Shown here in pieces: positions 58,505 through 64,000 of a stretch of DNA of 64,000 nucleotides. Origin of the DNA: an uncultured Pseudomonadales bacterium. Its GTDB lineage: Bacteria > Patescibacteriota > Microgenomatia > UBA1400 > PJMF01. The stretch is from NCBI GenBank assembly GCA_964650185.1, contig CAZYRN010000005.1:18640-82639 (forward strand). Reading direction: 5' to 3'. The position numbers were made by a program, and so were the translations under genes. A model generated the notes under the pieces. It had not been told where the DNA came from, searched no databases, and saw only the letters and a list, made by a program, of their open reading frames with translations. How positions within the stretch are numbered: position 1 is the stretch's first letter; each line of letters begins with the position of its first letter.

Positions 58505-58534
58505 AAAAAAGGCGACTGTTGTGGCCGCCTTTTT
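58505..58534 (-). terminator. Intrinsic terminator after the HU gene
   Basis: Minus strand reads AAAAA-GGCGGC-CACAACA-GTCGCC-TTTTTT. Confidence 0.75.
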
Positions 58535-58558
58535 AGTTTTAAACTATTTCAGTGAGGT

Positions 58559-58834
58559 TTACCACACAGCTTTTTTGAGCGGTTTACCAACACGGAAGTT
58601 GACCACATTGTGAGCCTTAATGGTCTGGCGATTGTCCTCTTCACCAAAAGGCACCACTTCTTTATCGGATACGTGGCTAACATAAAATGTGCCAAAGCCG
58701 GAAATTACGACTTTTTCACCTTTTTGTAGAGAGCGAGTCATCTCCTCAAACATAGCTTCAACAGCATCCTTAGCTGCTTTTTTGGTGAGATGGGCTTTTT
58801 TCGCCACAATATCTATTAATTGAGACTTGGTCAT
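58559..58834 (-). CDS. hup: HU/IHF-family DNA-binding protein
   Basis: MTKSQLI--VA, L-KGEKV-ISGFGTF and F--GKPLK. Confidence 0.92.
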   Translation of the reverse strand: MTKSQLIDIVAKKAHLTKKAAKDAVEAMFEEMTRSLQKGEKVVISGFGTFYVSHVSDKEVVPFGEEDNRQTIKAHNVVNFRVGKPLKKAVW

Positions 58835-58891
58835 GAAACCCTTTCTATTGAAATAGACTACTAATTATTTCTCAAATTGACAGTGTCTTAG

Positions 58892-58919
58892 AGTCTATCG
58901 GTTTTAACCGATGTGTCAA
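58892..58919 (-). promoter_or_regulatory. HU promoter TTGACA-N16-TAGACT with 7-bp inverted repeat in the spacer
   Basis: ATCGGTT-TT-AACCGAT at 58897-58912; consensus -35 at 58914-58919 (minus strand). Confidence 0.55.
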
Positions 58920-58956
58920 GTAGTGTCATGACTATTATGAGCTATTTTCATAGTAG

Positions 58957-59358
58957 TTAGATGTAATGATATATCTTTAACATCATCAAACTAGCTCCTA
59001 AAGTATCAAAACCCACGTCTCTCAGTGAGGCTGAGCGGCCGGAAACTAACGATTGATGCAGCTCATCACTGACGGCATAAATGATCACTATTGCCAGTGG
59101 TAGCCACCAATTTTGATATGAGGGCATGAGTGATGAGTCGAGTTTTTTGGCATTAAATTTAATTAAAAATCCAGCTCGCCAAATTAACAAATATAAAACA
59201 CCAAAAACAAACAAATGAGCTGATTTCTTAAAGAGAAAATCTAAAACTGATAGTGAAAAACCAGGCAAAATAGACTGATGAGAAAAAAGGAAAATCATCC
59301 CAGCCCAAAGAATGGGCGGCAAAATGGCATTGAGATAGGTTGAAATTGGCCGAGTCAT
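58957..59358 (-). CDS. VanZ-family membrane protein
   Basis: W---IF-FS, KKSAH---FG-L and YAVSDE-HQ--V-GR-AS--DV--D motifs. Confidence 0.9.
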   Translation of the reverse strand: MTRPISTYLNAILPPILWAGMIFLFSHQSILPGFSLSVLDFLFKKSAHLFVFGVLYLLIWRAGFLIKFNAKKLDSSLMPSYQNWWLPLAIVIIYAVSDELHQSLVSGRSASLRDVGFDTLGASLMMLKIYHYI

Positions 59359-60566
59359 GAGTGATGAAAACGATGTTGATAGAGTATTTTTAGCTGCCAG
59401 CTGCCGCTACCCAGCAAGATGGCACCACCCAGTATAACACTTAGATAAGGGAGAGCGGCAAGCAAGGGGCGAGTGGTGGCGGCCGGATTGGAGAAGGTGA
59501 TGGCAGAGTTGGTGGGTGGATGACGTGCCAACTGACCAAGAGTCAGCTGGTTAAGAGAAATCGATGGAGATGGGTAGGGATGAGATTTGAGGAAGGAGGT
59601 GGAGGTGTTTGCTAGCTTAGTTGGAGGGGAGACTGAGGGGTTGGGGGTGGTAGAAGCTGATGAGTTTGAGGCATCCGCAGCATTGACATTAGTTGAAGTA
59701 TTGGTTTCCTCCTCATCATTATTTTCAACTGTTGATAAGTTGCAGTCAGTGTAGTGAATAGTTTGGAGCTGGTGCCCCAGCTCATTTTCTAGATAGAAAG
59801 TTTCTTCTTGATTGTTAAGAAAGCTGTTCGACCAGGAAAGACGTTGGGGGCTGTTTGCGTCCAGATTAAAGTTGATTAACCTGGTCTGGTTGGCTGCGTC
59901 GCGTATTTTCCAGTTAGTCAGCAGGTGGGAAACTGAGTCGTAGTTGGTGAGCTCAATCCACTCAGGTTCACCACTGGGCGGACAAGGCTCAAAGTCCGTG
60001 ATACGGATGTGATGATGAAACGAAGTGTCAGAAGGAGGGAATGGTGAGGGAGAAGGTGTGGATGAAGGAGAGGGGGATGACGGAGGTAGAGCTGATGGTG
60101 TGGGAGAAGGAGACGGCGCAGGTGCTAAATTAGCTAGACCAGGAGTGGGAGCAGTTAAGTAGAACTGATTTTGAAATAATGACCAGCTGAGATCGGTCTG
60201 GGTAGATTCATACTGCATCGAGTCAATTATTTGGCCGGAGGCATCTTTAAGCATCACGCCATCAGCCGAGTTATTTAGTTTAGCAGCATTAAGATAGATG
60301 AGCAGGTGCTGATTGGGGTCGAGAAAAGTAAGTTCGGGAAAGGTGTAAATTACTGAGGGCGATGACAGCACGTCTTCTAGCCACCAGTTAGATAGATCGA
60401 GAGGAGCAGGGTGGGGATTATGCAGCTCAATCCATTCTTGACCAAAGCTAGGCGCGGGGTGGATTTCGGAGAGGTAGAAGGCGGAGGTGGGTGGGGGAAA
60501 TGAAAGATGGTGGATAAGAAATATCAAAATGAAACATGATTGCACTACAGTTATCCAGAAAGACAT
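59355..60566 (-). CDS. Surface protein with two lamin-tail (LTD) domains, Pro/Ser linkers and C-terminal TM
   Basis: SEI-P----EWIEL-N...LNNS-D...PTPG-AN, and a second EWIELTN...LNN. Confidence 0.85.
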   Translation of the reverse strand: MSFWITVVQSCFILIFLIHHLSFPPPTSAFYLSEIHPAPSFGQEWIELHNPHPAPLDLSNWWLEDVLSSPSVIYTFPELTFLDPNQHLLIYLNAAKLNNSADGVMLKDASGQIIDSMQYESTQTDLSWSLFQNQFYLTAPTPGLANLAPAPSPSPTPSALPPSSPSPSSTPSPSPFPPSDTSFHHHIRITDFEPCPPSGEPEWIELTNYDSVSHLLTNWKIRDAANQTRLINFNLDANSPQRLSWSNSFLNNQEETFYLENELGHQLQTIHYTDCNLSTVENNDEEETNTSTNVNAADASNSSASTTPNPSVSPPTKLANTSTSFLKSHPYPSPSISLNQLTLGQLARHPPTNSAITFSNPAATTRPLLAALPYLSVILGGAILLGSGSWQLKILYQHRFHHS

Positions 60567-60651
60567 GTAAGTAATTTAACAGTCATCATATTAAGTTAAG
60601 TGTAAAATGAGGAAATAAATTAAAAAAAAGATAGAATGATATAATAGTTAT

Positions 60652-61278
60652 ATGTCTGAACAGAATAAAAGAGACCAGCTAAAAGTAGCAGAGCAACAGC
60701 TGCAAACTATTTATCACTATGCTTTAAATAATGGCTGGAAGGGGGAAGGTCGGTTTTCAGCAGATCAACTTAGGCGAATTGACAAGGGATTTGCAAGGTT
60801 TGTTTTAGCCATGAATTTATTTCCTCAATTGCTTTTAAATCCACAGTTTATCGATGCCATTATTCCTGATGATGAACAACAACAAGACTTAATTGATATA
60901 CTTAGAAGTTATTGGGATGACGTGGATGATTTAGTCTTAATCAACTTAATCTACCAGCAGATATCTCAGGAAATTGACAGACAGCAGCCGGTGTCTCTAC
61001 TGAGACTTAGCGAGTATTTATATAAGCATGAACACACTAATTTTAATCACGTTATAACTCCATTAAGCAAGAGCGGCTTGATAATAAAAATTTCAGGGGA
61101 TGATTACCTTGATGCTAATTTTGCTGAGCTAATTAGGCAAATGGACACCTGGGAAAAATATGAGGAGAATTTTCAATCAATTGGCTGGCCACGTCCAGAA
61201 GGAATAGGAGAAGCTCGCTTTAACATCTTAAAAAGATATTTAGCTTGGCTTGATCAGCAATCGTCTCAAGATGAGTAA
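60652..61278 (+). CDS. Hypothetical protein with C-terminal HhH-like GIGE motif
   Basis: 208-aa ORF with TGATATAAT 6 nt before the ATG; PEGIGEARFNILKRYL. Confidence 0.65.
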   Translation: MSEQNKRDQLKVAEQQLQTIYHYALNNGWKGEGRFSADQLRRIDKGFARFVLAMNLFPQLLLNPQFIDAIIPDDEQQQDLIDILRSYWDDVDDLVLINLIYQQISQEIDRQQPVSLLRLSEYLYKHEHTNFNHVITPLSKSGLIIKISGDDYLDANFAELIRQMDTWEKYEENFQSIGWPRPEGIGEARFNILKRYLAWLDQQSSQDE

Positions 61279-61750
61279 ACAAGAAAATATTCGCATACAC
61301 TGGAAATTTGCTGGGTTGGATACGGAAACAAACCAGGAAGTCATTACAGCGGAAATTGATATCATAACCAGAGATATTCCCCCTAATCAACTTCTGGAGC
61401 TATTCAAATTAATTTATCAACAGCTGACAGTAGCATGCTTAAGTCAAGTTAGCATGGCTGAGTTTTGGCAGTTGGTCGCAGGAGAAAATCCAGATAAAGA
61501 AAGTAAAAAAAGAGCAACTGGACTGATTAACGCTTTAATTAGATATAAGTTGGCTGCTAAGAATCCCCCAGACATTCCTGATGGACCGAGTGCATATTAC
61601 TTAAAAAGAGAGGTGTTGGAGTTACTGTTTAGCACTAATTCGCTGAAAGAGTTTAAGCAGGCTTTGCAGGAGAGAGGATTCGAGAATGGCGGCCAAGGCA
61701 TTGGTGAAATTTTATTTGAAGAATTAAGAAAAGTCGTTGGGGTTGCTTGA
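61271..61750 (+). CDS. Hypothetical protein with C-terminal HhH-like GIGE motif (possible paralogue of the upstream gene)
   Basis: ATG 61271 overlaps the upstream gene by 8 nt; QGIGEILFEELRKVV. Confidence 0.65.
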   Translation: MSKQENIRIHWKFAGLDTETNQEVITAEIDIITRDIPPNQLLELFKLIYQQLTVACLSQVSMAEFWQLVAGENPDKESKKRATGLINALIRYKLAAKNPPDIPDGPSAYYLKREVLELLFSTNSLKEFKQALQERGFENGGQGIGEILFEELRKVVGVA

Positions 61751-61751
61751 A

Positions 61752-62945
61752 TTACCCGGCCCAGTAGAATTGAGTGAAGCGCGCAAAGTAAAAAAGCTGT
61801 AGCCCCATCAATAGCACTAACACAATATTTCGCCATTTCTGTGACTTTTCAAACAACTTTGCCCAATAAATAAATACAGGAAAAATTACAATTATAAATC
61901 TTGAGGCTGAGTCAAGATTGCCTGTAAACAATACAGGCATGATAAGCAATATTGAGTAAATCCCCAAAGGCAAGCTTATAGAGCTAAATTTATTTTTAAT
62001 TACTGCTACGCTTGAAGCTAGTACTGTTACCACGGCTACTTGATCAAAGGGAGTTATCATTGGCCAATAGCTACTGGGTGAAATGAGAGATTTAATAGGA
62101 TCAGCCACCTGTTTTCCCCATGCATTTTGCACCTTGACTGATGCCAGCCAATCACCAGTCAAAAAGTAAAGATAACTGAAGAAAAGTAGCATCCCTGCTG
62201 GCATTATCAGAAAAGAAATAGCTGAATGATCAAAATATTTTAGCTGATAGTTTTTTTGTTTCAAGTATATAAGTGCTAAAACTGGGATCATCATGATGCC
62301 CACTGGCCTGGTTGCAGTAAGGAAAGCAGTTAATAAGCCCGCTTTGCCCCAATAACCTTTGTAGCCTAGAAAAAAAATTGAGACGGAAAGTAATAGAAAA
62401 AGTGATTCAGAATAAAAACTGGAAAGAAAAAAGCTGGTTGGAAAGACCAGCATCAACCAAATAGTATTTTTAGCTAAGCATTCACTTTGAAACAAATTTC
62501 TAACGAGTTTATACAGCACTGCCATCGTTAGTATTAAAAATAAATTAGATAAAACTATGCCGATAAAAATAATCACTCCATCACTCATTAAAGACTTTGG
62601 AATGATAAATGTTAAAAGTTTAATGAAAAAGGGATAAGCTGGATAAAATGCTAGATTGCTCATGGTATAAACATCCTGCACCATGCGATAGCCTTCTTTA
62701 ACAATTGCTAAATACCAGCCGCTATCCCATCTAGCCCACATATCAATTAATCGAAATGGAGAAAAAATCCAACCACGTGCAGCGATTGAGGGCTCAGGTT
62801 CATATTGAAATGGTAAAAGTAATGGTGAAGCCAAACCAGCTATGACTAGCAGCAACCTAGTAATCGCATAAGGCATCAAAATAGGCTTGACCATTCCAGG
62901 TAACATTTCTTTTATCGCGGATGCAAATTTATTTAAATTATTCAT
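61752..62945 (-). CDS. PIG-V/GT76-like membrane mannosyltransferase
   Basis: RWDSGWY--I---GY, AFYP-YP, FPTSFF----YSESLF, TRPVG and Q--WG motifs. Confidence 0.88.
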   Translation of the reverse strand: MNNLNKFASAIKEMLPGMVKPILMPYAITRLLLVIAGLASPLLLPFQYEPEPSIAARGWIFSPFRLIDMWARWDSGWYLAIVKEGYRMVQDVYTMSNLAFYPAYPFFIKLLTFIIPKSLMSDGVIIFIGIVLSNLFLILTMAVLYKLVRNLFQSECLAKNTIWLMLVFPTSFFLSSFYSESLFLLLSVSIFFLGYKGYWGKAGLLTAFLTATRPVGIMMIPVLALIYLKQKNYQLKYFDHSAISFLIMPAGMLLFFSYLYFLTGDWLASVKVQNAWGKQVADPIKSLISPSSYWPMITPFDQVAVVTVLASSVAVIKNKFSSISLPLGIYSILLIMPVLFTGNLDSASRFIIVIFPVFIYWAKLFEKSQKWRNIVLVLLMGLQLFYFARFTQFYWAG

Positions 62946-63999
62946 CGCTAGTTTTAGTGTAGTGTTTTTTAACTAAAATCGGTACTGCAATCATTAGTGA
63001 GAGAATACTCAAAGAGGAAATTAGCTGAGGCAGATAAATTATTATTAACCGTCCAGAGTCATTTACTTGCCAAGCATTAGCCCAGCTATTGAGCCTGAAA
63101 TGAGGCATTAATTGTAAGGTATCGAGATCAAGTGCTAGCCACATATCATCATAAGATTCATCAAAACCCAAGTAGCAAGAATCAGAGCTTTGACAGTGAT
63201 AGGAAGCAAATCGAAGAGTGCCAATTTTTAAGTGAGAGTTAATTTGAAGCTGATTCGCAAAAGTAAGATTGTTTTCTGCAGTTAACGGAACAAGTCTCAG
63301 GCCTGAAATCTGGTCAACTGGAAAAGCAGCCAGGTAAATATTCTCCAACTCGGCTATACTTGGTTTGCCAAATGATCTAGTTTCCCAGTTAAGAAAGAAG
63401 CGATCTCGTGAATCAGTGGAGTTGGCTTGTAATACCACCACCTCGTCAAATTCTGGCTTAGTAAAGATATAATCCTCCGGGATAATCTCTTCATCATCAT
63501 AGTTGACAAAGAATTTTAAACCCCTGCCTTCAACATTTTTACCCACCACCCTCATCAAGTATGAGAAGGCAGTAGAGTGATAGTCCAATTCATAGCCGCT
63601 ACAGTTGACTCCATATTGATCAGCCTGGTATTTTACTTGACCGCTTTCAGTACTGGTTTGGGTTGTGCCGCGTTTGGGCACAGAGCAATTTGAAGAGTCT
63701 CTTAAAGGCAAGTTGAGCTGGGTTGTAGGAAAAGAGGAGGTAATTTTCAGCTGATCTGTTTGGCCAGTAGCAAACTGGAACTCTTGGGAAATTAGCTGCC
63801 AGTTTGGCTGCATAGTGCTTAGTTCAACTAAATTACTCTCATGCAGTAGCAGTTTACCTGCAGAGCTGTAGTTAAGAGTACTTGGCTTGATAATATAACT
63901 AATCTCTACCGGATCATTGACACTTAGCTTTAGCACCGGCTGGGCAACTGAATTAGGATCTAAAACTACGCCTGTATCACCGATAAATAGGACAATAGC
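62938..63999 (-). CDS. C-terminal part of a large membrane/surface protein (5' end outside window)
   Basis: Frame open to the window edge. YD--W-A and H--LN-WAN-W---IIIYLPQL plus a terminal TM, typical of large CPR GT-C-associated membrane proteins. Confidence 0.7.
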   Translation of the reverse strand, partial: AIVLFIGDTGVVLDPNSVAQPVLKLSVNDPVEISYIIKPSTLNYSSAGKLLLHESNLVELSTMQPNWQLISQEFQFATGQTDQLKITSSFPTTQLNLPLRDSSNCSVPKRGTTQTSTESGQVKYQADQYGVNCSGYELDYHSTAFSYLMRVVGKNVEGRGLKFFVNYDDEEIIPEDYIFTKPEFDEVVVLQANSTDSRDRFFLNWETRSFGKPSIAELENIYLAAFPVDQISGLRLVPLTAENNLTFANQLQINSHLKIGTLRFASYHCQSSDSCYLGFDESYDDMWLALDLDTLQLMPHFRLNSWANAWQVNDSGRLIIIYLPQLISSLSILSLMIAVPILVKKHYTKTSDE

Positions 64000-64000
64000 T

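Noticed and set aside
59400-59460. LPxTG sorting signal (LPYLS) on the lamin-tail protein as a sortase substrate
   Set aside because: Lacks the TG/TA core; a plain C-terminal TM anchor explains it.
1-64000. Genetic code 25 (TGA=Gly) as in Gracilibacteria/Absconditabacteria
   Set aside because: Conserved genes are full-length without internal TGA, and several end at TGA (for example 1336, 18733 region neighbours, 19420, 23658).
1-64000. tRNA, rRNA, tmRNA, SRP or RNase P genes; IS elements
   Set aside because: Intergenic gaps are at most about 230 nt, and I recognised no cloverleaf/T-loop signature or transposase. A covariance-model scan would be needed to exclude divergent RNAs.

Overview
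Core-chromosome segment of a Patescibacteria (CPR) bacterium, most like Microgenomates. The basis is the missing rpmD/uL30, short AlaRS and PrmC, and the baseplate-J-like/sortase/ruvX/mltG block. TGA is used as a stop, so the code is standard code 11. Positions 26.3-53.8 kb are an uninterrupted rpoBC-str-S10-spc-alpha-rplM/rpsI supercluster. Positions 0-17.6 kb and 53.8-64 kb hold accessory and envelope genes. I saw no tRNA, rRNA, CRISPR array, integrase or transposase. The strongest candidate for an undescribed system is at 4.4-8.7 kb. A BlaI-family repressor and a sensor-less M56 protease sit with a 17-bp palindrome (TACTACA-N3-TGTAGTA) found on three promoters: the repressor, a naturally circularly permuted DsbA, and a divergent DoxX/blue-copper lipoprotein pair. 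Other points: apparently pervasive leaderless transcription (-10 box 5-7 nt before ATG), a COG0523 GTPase next to Met-aminopeptidase, strongly altered RNAP rifampicin pocket, bridge helix and trigger loop, structured rpoB and S10 leaders, a nuclease-rich cluster, and two alphaCTD/HhH-like paralogues. Several lesions (rplP stop, rplB tail, UbiA A-run frameshift) may be assembly errors. All family calls come from reading motifs by eye; no database search was run.
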